The notes below the pieces were generated by a model, which saw only the letters and a list, made by a program, of their open reading frames with translations, ran no database searches and had not been told where the DNA came from. Both the position numbers and the translations under genes were made by a program. This document shows positions 23,315-37,790 of a stretch of DNA of 64,000 bases, in pieces. Within the stretch, counting starts at the first letter, position 1; each line of letters begins with the position of its first letter. The DNA comes from Eledone cirrhosa (lineage: Eukaryota), in contig CAXHJY010000159.1 in NCBI GenBank assembly GCA_964016885.1, forward strand, positions 124,001 to 188,000. The letters run 5' to 3'.

Positions 23315-24093
23315 CTACAAAATAAAAACCAATGCAGTATTAATATTTGTTTTTCTTTAAAATTTAGTTAGATATTCCATATATATAATGATAAAAATCA
23401 TACATAAAAATCACAGCAAGAGTTTATAAGTAGGTTAGAGCCAAACAAAGGAACCTTTACATAGTAGATTGCCAAATCGCAGCCAAATCTTAATCAAACT
23501 ACATCTTTAAAAAAAAGACAAAATATTTTGGATAATGTAGTCCCTAGTATATAAAAAATATAGAATAGTCATGACTGAAACACCTTTTATATAAAGATTT
23601 GCTCCACCAGGGATTACCTGAGTTAAATAAAAACAACAATATCATCTAAGGGACCTAGTTGTCCATGTAATGGTAAACATATCACTTGATGTTGTTTCTC
23701 ACAATAGGATAGTGCCAAAACATTGGTCTCCCAACAAATAGCAGCTGATCATACAACAGTTTTGTCAGTTGTTGTTTAACACTGGGTTAACTCTGATCAG
23801 ACAGAACAATAATCAAAGGCAATCTAGTGTATCTAACAGTACATTATCCAGTAGGTCCTTCCCTTTTAAAGATATTAGGGTTTGATTTGAAGATTTGGCA
23901 GCTATTTCTGGCAGGTCAAATAACATTATATAAGCTCTCTAGTTTGGCTCATGGAATCAAAAATCATATTCCTAGTGCCCCCTTCATCATGAAATATTCT
24001 CTGTGACAAGCGGTAAATATGAACAAAGCAGGATATTCCATTTCAATTAAAGATAAATTTTCAGTTAACCCTTTTATTAGCTAACTTTTTCTT

Positions 24094-24256
24094 TAAGCTG
24101 GTGTTTGAAGCATAACTTGACATAAAATTATAATGAAAGTTTTAAATTTAAATATGAATACTTTAAAACGTATGTAAGCTGGTGTTTGTAGCATAACTTG
24201 ACATAAAATTATAATGGGAAGTTTAAATTTAAATATGAACACTTTAAAACATATGT
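24094..24256. repeat. Direct tandem duplication of about 82 bp inside a MITE-2 copy
   Basis: taagctggtgtttg...ctttaaaac occurs twice. Confidence 0.8.
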
Positions 24257-25086
24257 ATCATATAGGCAGTTTGAGGACAATGTGGTATCAGGAATGTTAA
24301 ATTTCTCAATCTAATAAATGCTTTTTTTTTTTTATCCTTTTCAAATTCTTGAATAAAGCAACAAGAAAAGAAAATCATACAGAACCAACAAACATTACAA
24401 CATTGTTTGCAACGTATTATGAAGGAAAAGATTCTACTCTCAAATCCCAATTGCTGTTAAGGATGAACTTTATTTCAAACTTAAACTTTAAGAAAGCCAT
24501 GACCTTTTGATATCAACCCACCTAAAACTGCTTCTATGAAACAAAACCACCTAGCATTTACATTACTCTATATTTACTTTTGAATTTTAATGATAAAGGC
24601 TTTACCTCACATAATTATCTCACATAATATTGAATCTATGAGATTTTGATATTATTTATTTTGAGAACAATACTTTAACATCAGTATGGGTGGCTGATTA
24701 AAGCCAGTTAAAGAGATAAGAGAATTCTGACCAGATATGGCCAGTTTAAATGCTAAAGGGTTAAAAGGTTCCTATTCAAAATAAAATCTTCCCACATAAT
24801 TTTATATAAGAAGTTTTGTTAAGTTATGTTACAAATGCTATCTTATTAATGAAATAATTAATAATTTTAGAAAATCGCTCGAAATTCTTCATTAATTAAT
24901 TCAAGTCTAGTATATTTCATTAGAAATATGGTAATGAAATCATTAAATATTTCAATAACTAACCATTATTCTTTCGAATAATGATTAATACAATCAGTCA
25001 CAGGAGGCTGGTTGCATATAACTATGTTGCTTAACTTCCAAACAACCTTATTTAATGGTTGAGTGGTTATTTCTTCTAATAAGAAC

Positions 25087-25172
25087 AAATCCTATCCATG
25101 CATATCTGGAAAACAGATTATACTGTGTCAAATCCTATCCATGCATATCTGGAAAGCAGATTATACTGTGTC
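25087..25172. repeat. 43-bp tandem duplication
   Basis: caaatcctatccatgcatatctggaaa.cagattatactgtgt occurs twice. Confidence 0.85.
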
Positions 25173-25189
25173 TAAGAATTGAACACAAA

Positions 25190-25670
25190 GCTCCTAAGGG
25201 TACATTGATTTCAAGAAGAAACTAAGGCATCATTTTACAAGGAACACTGTGCATTTGTAATGAATTATAATTCCAATTGACCAGGTCTTCTTTGTATGAT
25301 GTCAAGTTGCACATGTAAAACAACTGTCCCTGGAATCATATTTCGGCCAATCATGTTGTATCTTTGTAATGGAATTAATCTACCTTTACAGCTGGGTAAT
25401 ATTGCCAGTAACAACCATGTAATCAAAGTTAAACACAGATATGCTTTTTCCAAGATACCTAGAAAATGTTAGTAGCAGCAAAGCAGCTTACCTGACAACA
25501 GTGAAAATCTTTAATGATGCTAAACTTCCACTATTATACCAATGAACTGACAGATTGCAATAAACAAACTTTTCTTTGATAAGAAATAACAATGTTCTGC
25601 TACTCATTTCTTTTAGAAATTGAGATCCTTCTTCTAGCAATAAAAAGTTTTCCGAGAAGTCACTTTTCTG
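25190..25670 (-). pseudogene. Possible decayed piggyBac transposase remnant
   Basis: LSVHWYNSGSLASL resembles the D.WY.S..L catalytic motif. HDWPKYDSRDSCFTC...KKT...KCTVFL resembles the piggyBac Cys-rich C-terminus. Many stop codons are present. Confidence 0.4.
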
Positions 25671-26685
25671 ACATAACACACATATTACAAAAGTATTAGA
25701 CACACATATACAATGTTATTTATATAAATATTACCATGTGTATATCTTGATTTTAGAATAGACACACTGCTTATCATAAGTCTAAAGTCTGTTTTAAGCC
25801 AGAAGGCTTATTAGGCCAGTGCTTATTCCGGTTTCATGGCATGAAGCGACTGAGATTACGAGACTTCTCCTTGGACAGGGTGCCAGTTCCTTGCAGGGTT
25901 AAATACCCAGCTATTTCTGGTACAAATTTCCAGCTGAGTATACTGGAGCAACGTGAAATGAAATGTTTTGCTCAAGAACACAACACACAATCCAGCCCAG
26001 GAATCCAACCCAATGACATTATGATCATAAGACCAACACCCTTACCACTTATCATAAGAGGTGACCAAAAGGGTCGGAATGAAGAAAGGCATCTGACTGT
26101 AAAATATTGTCTCAAAACATTCCATCCAGCATGGAAAAGTGGGCACAAAAGTGATGATCATGATGATTAATACCTAAAATGAACTTCTAAATATTCTAAT
26201 TAAAACAATTCAAACTTTCTACAAAACTATCAAATTGTCTTCATTCTACTTTAACCCTTTAGCATTTACATTACTCTATATTTACCATTATATTTTCACT
26301 GTAAAGGCTTTACTTCACATAATTATTTCACATAATATTGAATCTATGAGATGTTGATATTATGTATTTTGAGAACAACACCTTAACATCAGTATGAGCA
26401 GCTGGTTACAGGTGGTTTGAACAGAAAGAGGTGAGAGGATTCTGGCCAGATACATCTGGTTTAAATGCTAAAGAGTTAAAGTTAAGGATTGATCAAATCA
26501 TCTGTAATTATATTTGTAGGTACAACATTAAATTATTGTCACTTCTAAAGTAGTGTTGTATATAATAGAAATTGTAATTCTGAGTCAATTAATAGGAGTC
26601 AAATCATTACATTGCCAGAAACATTTACTGACATCCTATGACAGATGCAAAACAGTAAAAATATAAGTTTTGATAATAATAATAA

Positions 26686-27127
26686 TGATTTCTAGTATAG
26701 GCACAAGGCCAGTAAATTGGGGAGGGGGTCGATTAAATCGACCCCAGTACGTGACTGGTACTTTATTTTATTGACCCCATAAGGATGAAAGGCAAAGATA
26801 ACCTCAGTGGGATTTGAACTCAGAATGAAAGGGCTGTAACTCTATGCTGCAAAGCATGGAGTCCGACACTACTGATATTGCCAATCCACCGCCCTAATAA
26901 TAATAATAATAATGATAATAATAATAATAATAATAATAATTGTTTCTACTTTGGGCACAAGGCCAGCAATTATCCCAGTGTATTACTGGTACTTTATTTT
27001 ATCGACCCCCGTAAGGATGAAAGGCAAAGTTAACCTCGGCGGGATTTGAACTCAGTCCGTAAAGGGACGTAACTGTGCTGCAAAACATGGCGTCCGACCC
27101 TCTACCGACACTGCCAATCCACCGCCC

Positions 27128-27166
<39 letters not shown>

Positions 27167-27854
27167 TTGTTTCTGAATTAGGCATAGGGCTAACAATTTT
27201 AGGGAGAGGAAAGTCGATTAAATCAAGCCCTGTGTGTTACTGGTACTTTATTTTATCTACACCATAAGAATGAAAGGCCAAGCTAATCTTGGTAGGATTT
27301 GAATTCAGAACATAAAGGGACGCAACTATAGGCCACAATGCTCTGCCGATACTGCCAATCCACCAATAATAATTGTTTCTACTTTTGGCACAAGGCCAGC
27401 AATTACCCAGTGCATTACTGGTACTTTATTTTATCGACCCCGTTAGGATGAAAGGCAAAGTTAACCTCGGCGGGATTTGAACTCAGAATGGCCAATAATA
27501 AATCCACCAATAATAATAATATATAATCATTATCATCATCATCATCACAAATATTACTGTTTAATATCTATTTTTCATTCTTGCATGGGTTAGATGGGTT
27601 GTCATGTTCTGAGTCTAAGCAAGTCAGATAACAATGTTTCATCCATATTATACCATTCTAAGGCGGTGGATTGGCAGTATCAGTAGAGGGTCAGACACCA
27701 TGCTTTGCAGCACAGAGTTACGGCCCTTTACGTTCTGGATTAATATCCCGCCGAGGTTAACTTTGCTTTTCCTCCTTACGGGGTCGATAAAATAAAGTAC
27801 CAGTAATACACTGGTGTAATTGCTGGCCTTGTGCCAAAAGAAAAAAACAATTAT
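26686..27854. mobile_element. Cluster of five second-family SINEs separated by (AAT)n
   Basis: Copies at about 26686-26895 (-), 26939-27128 (-), 27166-27366 (-), 27371-27490 (-) and 27661-27854 (+). Confidence 0.85.
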
Positions 27855-29813
27855 TCTATTCTAGCCCTTTCTAATGCCTATCACTTCACAACATGAACCA
27901 GGTGTGTTTTGTCATCTGACAGGGTTTTCAGGGTGCTTTTTGTATTAGCACTAGCACTATCACTTTACAGAGTAGACTAGGTGCATTTTATTGTAGTACC
28001 AGCATGACCACTTATCAACACTAGAGTGCTTTTTCTGTCATTCTTGGTTGGGATGGAAAGGCAGTGATAGAAATAGGGAATGTGAGAGTGTGTGGGGGGG
28101 GGGGTACAAGATATATGTTGCTTACCAAGTGAGGAAGAAAGTGAGTAAAAGACAAAGGTTACCCTAGAGTGACTTCTTGAAGTACGTTGTAGGGCACACT
28201 CAGCTTTCCCTGTTGACATGGGTTGAGTGAGGAAGGAGGAATCAGGGATGTGAATGGGAGGGAAGACTAGGATGGGAAGATAAATATAGAGGGGGGGAAA
28301 GGAGGGCTTTAAAAAAATAAAATGCATATATATATATATATAGAGAGGGAATGTGAATGGGGAGATTGTAACATAGGATGTGATATATTTACTAAAATAT
28401 TAAAGTACTTAATACACAAATGCAAAGAAGTATATAGGGTGGAATGTATATATATTTAGTTAAATGAATGAAAGCATTTTCAATGTTTTGAAAATTATAA
28501 AAGCTAAAATAAGATAAAATATCTGGCGAAAATAACAATATTAGTTGGGAAATAGTATTTGTTCATTAGTAAGTATTAATTGTTGTTTTGTTTATTTTAG
28601 TTTAGTTAAAGAGGAAAGGTCAGTGTTCATGACCTTTTTCAGGGCCTCTGAAGCTGGAGGGAAGGAAGGAGAAAGGTATCCTCAAACCAGAGAGATCTGG
28701 CCTGAGTACTTGCAATAGAGTGGATGCTGCTAAAGGAACCCAAGAGTCAGATGTGGTGTTAAACTAGGTGATGGTTTAAGTCTACCCTCCAAGTAGGCCA
28801 CAGTGGGATTTAAGAGCCTAAACAAATACTGTAAGGCATCTTGTCTGATGTTCTAACAATTCCCTCAACCCACCACACTAGAATTCTACCTTATCAACCC
28901 ATAATGGCTGAAATGTAAGATTGATTTCAGTAGGATTTGAACTTAAGTTGCAGAACAAATACTGCAAAGTATTCTATCCTCCACTCTAATGAATCTGCTA
29001 ATATGGTCTCTATAGAGATAACTCCAGACATTTCACTCTCATTTAGGATCTTTAGTAGAAGTAAGATATTGTCAAAACTGCAAAAGTGTTAATAAGTGAA
29101 TACATGCAATCACACCAGCATATGATTACTAATTTAAGTGGATGCCAACTCTCCTTAGTCTATGTGAAGGCAAGCTTGAAATGATGGTTTAGCATGGGGC
29201 CACTTGAATTGTGACATCAGCAATGACTCAGCTGTATAATTTCAAATGTACAAGGAGGTATTTAAAAGTGTGGGCATGTGAAGATTAACTCAAATTTTTG
29301 CAAGTGTAGAAATAGAGGAGAATTCATCATCCTCATTAACATCATCATCACCATTTATACGTCTGCCTTTTCCATGCCAACATGAGCAAAATGTGACCTT
29401 TTTAAGTAGTGATTTATGGCCATATACCAGTCCTTCCTGATGTCACCTCTCTTTTTATTGCCTCTTACAATATGGACTAGATATATATATATATATGTGC
29501 TATTTTCCTGTTAGAAATGTTGCTGATCTTTTTATAAATTTCTGAAGAGAACAAATAGAGCTAAAACTGATAATGCAATCTCTGTATATTCTTATCTGTC
29601 ACCTATTTTTTGCCAAGAATATAATGTGCTATTTTCCTTATATTGATGATTGAAGGAGCTGATATGCAGGTGTTAGCTACCTTTGAAGGTGTTTTTAATA
29701 AGCTTTGTATAGAAAACTAGTTTGCTTTTTATGATTTTGCCTGGTATCTCACAATTTTGTCAAACATTGTTGACCTAGGAAGCAGAATTTTGCAATTACT
29801 CTTATTCCCCTGT

Positions 29814-29822
29814 GAGGAGGAG

Positions 29823-29872
<50 letters not shown>

Positions 29873-29903
29873 TTGGTGGTGGTGGTGGTGGTGGTTGTGG
29901 TGC

Positions 29904-29964
<61 letters not shown>

Positions 29965-30057
29965 AGTGGTGGTGGTAGTGGTAGTGGTAGCGGTGGTGGT
30001 GGTAGTAGTAGTAGTAGTAGAGTAGTATTGGTGGTGGTGGTAGTAGTGGTGGTGGTG

Positions 30058-30091
<34 letters not shown>

Positions 30092-30092
30092 G
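29814..30092. repeat. (TAG)n/(TGG)n trinucleotide array
   Basis: Visible directly. Confidence 0.95.
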
Positions 30093-30929
30093 TATATAGA
30101 AATAAATGTGCTTGTGTGGAGTGTGTCAATTTTGATATGTATTTGCTGCATTGGATTAGAACACAATACATATATAATAGATATTATTCAATAATAAATA
30201 GAATGTTATTAAATATCACCATACCATAACAATAAGATATCAATTAATTGTGTATGAAAACATATTTACTTAGGAATTTAAAATATTTCAAAACATATTA
30301 TTTAGTAAAAACTGGGTTTATAGTTCAACATTTTTGGCAATGATCATAAAGGTTTCATATTTCAATCAAGCCTACTATCAGACAACAATTAACCCCTTTC
30401 ATATCACACATGGTTCTACAATACTAAGCAGTTTATTTTAACCCTTTAGCATTTACATTACTCCATATTTGCTATTGTATTTTCAAGGTAAACCCTTTAT
30501 TTCTCATAAATATCTCACATAATATCGAATGTATGAGATTCTGATATTATTTATTTGGAGAACAATACCTTAACATAAGTATGAGCAGCCAGTTTGAACA
30601 GAAAGAGGTGAGAGAATTCTGGCTGGATATGGCCAGTTTAAATGCTAAAGGGTTAAAGTATTTATGTTGCTTTAAAAACCTTACATCATAATTTTATGTT
30701 AGAACCATTGTTAAGTTATGTCCCAAACATTGACTTTAATAATGAGAAAGGTACTCCAAATTCTTAATTGTTTTCAAAATGATTTGGAAAAAAAAGACAG
30801 TGTCTTTCGTTAGAAATATAGTAACAAAGTGGGTAAACAAAACTAATAAACAGTATAAACAGCTATTACATAAAAATAATAAACAAAAGCAAATTGAAAG
30901 AATACCAACATTACTGAAATAGCACTTAC

Positions 30930-31023
30930 CTTCCGTGGAAGATCAGGTTTTACTTCCAATGGTTTCTCAGAATGATACTGTGTAATGAATCCAATTATGA
31001 TTAGTCTTCCTTTTACTGCTAAG
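30930..31023 (-). CDS. PTGR3: PTGR3/ZADH2-like exon ((S)LAVKGRLIIIGFITQYHSEKPLEVKPDLPRK)
   Basis: Acceptor ttgtAG and donor GTAAGT. The phase 2 start matches the previous exon. LA.KGRLI.IGFI..Y motif. Confidence 0.92.
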
Positions 31024-34000
31024 CTACAATTTAGAGATTTCTTGAATCAAACTTTATTATATAATATTTCAAAAGCAATACAAAAACAAGTGTTTTAACC
31101 TTTCAACATTTAAACTGGCCATATCCGGTCAGCGTTCTCTCACTTCTTTCTCTTCAAACCATCTGTAAATGGGCACTCATACTGATGTTAAGGTATTGTT
31201 CTCAAAATAAATAACATCAAAATCTCATAGATTCGATATTATGTGAGATAATTATATAAGATAAAGCCTTTACCACAAAAATACAATAGTATATATAGAA
31301 TAATTGTTTCTACTTTTGGCACAAGGCCAGCAATTATCCCAGTGCATTACTGGTACTTTATTTTATCGACCCCGTAAGGATGAAAGGCAAGGTTAACCTC
31401 GGCGTATATATAGAATAATGTAAATGCTAAAGGGTTAAGGTTATTTCCCTATTTTAGTCGTTTCTTGTAACATGCAGAAATATGATGTGCTTATTTTAAA
31501 CTGGATATATTGTCATCATCATCATAATCAATGTTTAAAGTTCACTTTCTATGGATGGATCATCAGCAGATCAGGTTGGTACTGAAGCAAAGGTACTGAC
31601 ACCATGGATGGGCTGGGAGCTTGCATCTCACTTACATGCATTCCTGCACTCTACTCAGTGTTCAGACAACCTGGCAGCTTGTAACTTGCTTACATATGAT
31701 CTTGCATACTATCAAGTGCATTTTATCATGGCACCAACACTGTGGAAGATGTCATGTGATCCTGGCCCTTTGTTAGGCAGGTTTTCTATGGCTGGGATGC
31801 CCTTCCTACGACCAAGCACTTTATGGAGTCTTCTGGGTGCATTCATCATGTAGATAACCAACACTATACAAACAAAAGCAATGTTCAACAGAATTTTATT
31901 GCAGTATTTACTAACAACAATGAAGAGGATTTCTTCTGATTAGTAAATCAACACATTATGAAAACTGTATATAGATGACATTCTCTGTTGTTGAATATAT
32001 AAATATTTAATTACATTATAAATAACACTTTCAGATCTTTTCTCCAGATAGTAAAATTTATTAAAACTCCACAACATACTTCCTGGAAGGTTTCCATTCC
32101 TAATCATCATGTTTAATTTAAGAATACTTCATACAATATTTCAACTTCGTTTACAAATATTAAAAATTAATCACCTCAAACATTTAAAAAGGAAAACTAA
32201 ATGTTTTCTGCTAGATTTCAAAAGCATACTAATATGAAATTTTATTACTTTCTATGACAAATAACTAGTTTCAACATTGAAAAGAATTATTAATTATTTC
32301 ATTATAGAGTCATGAATGATTTATGATCTATGGAAAATATTAAAAAAGAAGTATAACTATATCATCTAAATGAAGAGCCAATGCAGCTTCAAATGTAGAC
32401 ATATAAAAATTTAAATTCTTGAATTTTGTAATTAGTACAAATGAACATGCAAGTATTGCTGCAGAAATATAAAATATATTGGAAGGAAAAAAATTATAGA
32501 TAATGGAAAACAAAGTTTAATTTTTAAAGCAATTCTACTTAATTTTTCTCTCACCAATGAGAAAGCTTTTATGCAGTCACTCAATGTACTTAGTCACACC
32601 CTACAATATGTAACTGAGAAAAAGCATATTAGTCAATGTAGTTTTTTACTTAAACCAAAAGGAAAAGGAGTGAGTAATCACAGTTGGAATTACTTTGGTT
32701 ATATTTCTACTCTATTAACAGCAACAATAACAGTAACAAATGAAATAGGGAGTCTCTATGCAATTGTTCAACTTGATAGCAACAGCAATCAAATCTCTCT
32801 GAAACCATGCCCCAACATCTTAAATAAAGGTAAACACATTGAACAATGTAATCCATGACATACCAATAGATGGGATGGTCAAAGTTGGAACGTCTTTCAT
32901 TGTAAATGTTCTCAATGAAAGCTGACCTGGGGGCTAAACAATAACTTAATTTCTGTTAATACTTTATATACTGTGCATCAAACAACAAGCACATCATTTC
33001 TATACAATCTTAACCTGTTAGCATTTACATTACTCTATATATACTATAGTATTTTTGTGGTAAAGTCTTTATCTCACATAATGATCTTACATAATATCGA
33101 AGAACCTATGATATTTTGATACTTATTTTGAGAACAATACCTTAATATCAGTATGAGTGGCCAGTTATGGCCGATTTGAACAGAAAGAGGTGAGAGAATT
33201 TTGGCTGGATACAGCTGGTTTAAATGCTAAAGGTAGTCATTGCCTTTTTAATTAAGAAAAACGATCATAAAATGAAATGAGAAAATAAGTCTACATTTTG
33301 GACAGAGCAGAAATAAGAAATGTGGTGTAGAAGAAAAAAGCACACTGAGTAGTGACTCTCACATCACTAAGACGGGGTGGAAACCATTCTGAGTTACACT
33401 ATTGAAGAATAAAATTTGAGGCAGTGTTTCAGCAGAAATATTTTACTTTTTATAAAAATATCCCTATGAATCTAGCTCAGGAAAATGCTGCAACATACAA
33501 AGGACAATATAGTCTATGATATATCAATAGATAGGAAGATTAAAGTTAGCACACTTTTCATCATAAGACTTCTTAATAAAAGCTGATCTGGGACTAAACA
33601 ATAACAATTTCTCTTAATATTTCATATGCTGTGAATCTAGCTTAGGGGTCAAGCCAACCTCACCTTCATTTGGTGGTCTCTGGAAAAGCATTTGTTATAA
33701 TACTTTGCTAACAAAGCTTTGTGTGTGAAAAAATATGTTAACGAATGATAATAACGTGCACACGCACACACACACGCACACACACATACTTACATACATA
33801 CATATGTCATAACTGTTCATTGCATATTTTCCAATCATCAGACATGATGTGGCATGAAAAGAAGAAGAAGAATCTAACATAGAAAAATGCTGCAGCATAC
33901 ACATCATAATTATATATCACTGTTGTCATTTCTAAAGTTAATACAATGGTGTAGAAACAACATGGTTAAGAAGTTTGCATTGCAATCACAGGCCTGTCAA

Positions 34001-35764
34001 CTCTCCACATCCAACGGGGAGATCTCCTACCCACTTTGGGGTGGGTGAGAAATGTCTTCTCTTTTGAAAATGGGAATAGCTTTCATTATGTAAAATCTCC
34101 CGGTGGATTGGCAGTATCGGTAGAGGGTCAGACGCCAAACTTTGATGCATGAAGTTACGGCCCTTGCCATTCTGAGTTCAAATCCCGCCGAGGTTAACTT
34201 TACCTTTCATCCTTACGGGGGTCGATAAAATAAAGTACCAGTAATGTACTGGGTAATTGCTGGCCTTGTGCCAAAAGTAGAAACAATTATGTAAAATCTC
34301 CCCATTTTGCCTCATTTCCCCCTATTCTAGTGCACTTTTTTTTCATGGTACTCCGTTTGGGTTTTTAGAGGATGGCAGGTCTGCAATCATTAGGTCCCAA
34401 GTTTGATCCCATTGCATGGCATCCTGTCATTTACCATAGCCTCAGGTCAACCAATGCCTTATGAATGAAATTGGATAGGCAGAAACTGTTTACCAGCCTG
34501 TTGGATAGATTGTACATACAATCAAAAGAGCCAGCCTTGCTGTGCCATGTTGACTCTCAGTGAGAATTTCATTAAGGGTAACATGTCAGAAGAATGCTCA
34601 GTTACTTACATGTTAATTTCATGAGCAAGCTGTTCCACTGATTGAACAACTAGGATACTCATTGTCGAAACCGACGGAGAACCATTCCTTCTAAAAATAA
34701 TAACTTCTTACAAAGTAAAACAGATTACTCTTTTGTGGTAAAATTTACCACAATAGAAAGTATGGCCCAGCATAAATTGCTACTTGCCAAAAGAAAGAAC
34801 ATTTTGATAAAGTATATAAGTCTTCATAAAAAGTATATTTCTATATACATATCCTCTATCTTATCTATCAAAAACTTCAAGTGAAGTAAAAGCTGTTTTT
34901 CCTATGGGACATGCAGGCATTCTGCCACTTCAGTTTTAGTTAATGGAAATGTTTTAAATGCTTTGGTGGATTCGTCTTGTTCTTATATGAATGTATAGAA
35001 ATGCACTTGTCCATATAACTTGCATTTGTATTTTTTAAGTTTGTTAAAGCTTTACTTAAACTATTGCTCTTAATAAAGTTTTTCGACACTAGATTTATGT
35101 GTATCCAGTTTAGAATAGATAAATATATCCCTACATATTGTAAGTAAGTAAAAGAGTTGGCACCAAGAAAGGCATCTGTCTGTAAAATATTGCCTCAAAC
35201 AAATACCAAGATGAGTATGAAGGCTATTATGAGGCTTACAAAGATAACCCCTGCTTTAACAGGGGAAATGATCTTAACCGTTTAGCATGTACATTACTCT
35301 ATATATACTATTGTATTTTTGTAGTAAAGACTTTATCTTACATAATTATCTCACATAATATCGAATCTATGAGATTTTGATGTTATTTATATACTTAACG
35401 TCATTATGAGTGGCCAGTTTGAACAGAAAGAGGTGAAAGAATTTTGGCCAGATATGGCCGGTTTAAATGCTAAAAGGTTAAAATGCTTGCTGTTGTTGGT
35501 CTGATTGTTACACTAATGGATTAATAAGACAAATTCTCAAATTAATTAAATATATATTTCTAACCCTTTTAATACCAGGCAGCCCCAAACTGACTCTGGT
35601 TCTATGTTACAAAGCTATTTATAAAAACTTTCCATCATGATTTTATGTAAGAACCTTTGTTAAGTTATATTATGTTATGTTCAAAACAACAACTTAATAA
35701 TGAGAAAGTTAGTTATTTTCCTCAATTCCTCGAAATTTGTGATTACTTTCAAAATCAGCCTTGG

Positions 35765-36610
35765 TGGACACCTACATGCACACTAAATTCTTCACTATAG
35801 TCATTGTTAATCCTAATTTTGCTGACTGCTCCTCTATACATAGCTTGTACAGTCTTCACAAGCAACTCATCTACTACAAGTTTTCTTAGAGCCCACTAGA
35901 TTATGACACAGGGGACTCTGTGGAAAGCTTTCTCCAGATCAATAAATGTAAGAGGGGCTTACATTTTAGCTAAGTGCTTCTGCTGTAGTTGCTTTAGAAG
36001 AGGGCATCAGTGGTATCTTTACCTGGCACAAATCTGAACTGCATCTCATTTAGGTTAACCCTAATCAGCTGTGCTATAACTCTTTCTGTTACCTTCATGA
36101 CCTGGTCCAAGAACTTGATGCCTCTATAGTCTTCTCTGTCTAGTGCATCTCCTTTACCTTTGTAGCAGTTGACAATGATGTTGCTATGCCAATCACTCAG
36201 TATGACACCATTTAGTATTACTTGTTTTACAATACAAGTGATTAAGGCATGACCCACCATCCCAGATTCTTTCAGCATCTCAGCAAATATCTCTGATGGA
36301 CCAGCTGCTTTCCTCATCTTCACATCCTTAATTGCCTTACTTATTATGCAGCTGTTAACTTGTACGGCTCCCTTCTGTTGGGTTTTACTTGGAGTAGACT
36401 ATCTTGCTCCCAGTAATCATTCATAATGGGTCTTCCATGCTAGTTTCTTTTCAGCATCCAGGAGGGCAAATGCACCTTTATCATCTTGGACACACTTATC
36501 TCCAAAGACATCACAATTTTCCCTGACACACTGCCTCGCAATTATAAACACCTCATGCCACGGGTCTTCACATAGCAAAATGTGCTTAAATTTTTCATCT
36601 TCTGCTTCCC
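35765..36610 (-). mobile_element. Degenerate RTE LINE fragment
   Basis: KAAGPS, YKGKGDALDR, QVMKVTERV and FVPGKDTTDALF. Homologous to 53562-54300. Confidence 0.85.
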
Positions 36611-37790
36611 TCCTTTTATCTCAATGCTCCTCTATATCGAATGTTTGTTCTTCCTAACTATCCTAAGCATCTGAATTTGTCACTGGCAGAAGGCTCTTTC
36701 AACTTTCATATATATAATTTATATGTATGTGATGCCAGAAGACAGACAGTTCAAGTGTCACATCTGTGAACGTGCTTGCAGAACAGAAGCTGGGCTGAAA
36801 AGACACCAGCATGCACATGACTGTGCAATGTTCAAGGAAGAGTTGGCACTTTTCTGACAAGTAGCAATCAACACACATATTGAGAAAATAAATTGCTTAG
36901 TGGTTAGAGTGTTTGGTTTATGACTGCAAGGCCAAAAGTTTGATTCCCAGTGGTGAAAAATGTGCTTGAGCAAGACACTTTATTTCACATTGCTCCAGTT
37001 CACCTAGCTGTCAAAAATGTGTTGTACCTGTAATTGAAAGAGACAGACTTGTGTCACACTGAATCTTCCTGAGAATTACATTAAGAATACAAATCTCAGT
37101 GGAATGCTCAACTGCTTGCATGTTAATTTCACAAGCAGGTCATTCTGGTGTTAGGAAGGGCATCCAGCTATAGAAATCAAGCTGAAATCTGTTCTATATG
37201 AGCAAGACATGGTCACCTGACCTGGCATTGCCCACAACAAGACAACTCATCTAACCCAGCTAGCGTGGAAGAATGGAAATAAAACGGTGATGATGATGAT
37301 GATGATGATGATATTCACCCCTAGATTCCTATCGCTCTCTCTTGATCATTAACATCTTCTCTTACAACTAATACATGCCGACTATATATGCTCACTCCAC
37401 TTTTCCCTTAACCGCTCTGTATATACACACATACACACCCTTATATTAACATACTTTTGCTCATACCTTCGTACTTACATGCACACACACTCTTTTACTT
37501 ACATATACACACACATTTCCTCTTAGCTTCGTACAGACGTATAATAACACACACACACACATGCTTATGCACGTGCACAAGTATAGCTCTTTTTACAAAA
37601 GGTTTTTTTTTCCATTTCAGGTAGATACGCTCCATGATCCACTTTTCTAAAAAATAAATCATACACAAAACGCCAGCACCAACAGTTTTGCAAGAGATGT
37701 CAACATGAATGGACCTGTTATTTTTATCTAAAGACATTTTTTGCAATTCCAACCCACCCATCCCCTCAATCTATCTTATTTCTCATTCTT

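Noticed and set aside
25459-25491. Apparent 33-nt intron on the minus strand (GTAAG...TACTAAC...TTTTCTAG)
   Set aside because: Splicing it gives a stop after about 24 codons. The region fits a decayed transposase better, and the PTGR3-like exons join without it.
27661-27760. tRNA gene suggested by A and B boxes
   Set aside because: This is the head of a multi-copy SINE and does not form a full cloverleaf.
29729-30171. Poly-Tyr/His/Thr/Ser/Gly ORFs
   Set aside because: These come from the trinucleotide repeat array, with no splice or homology support.
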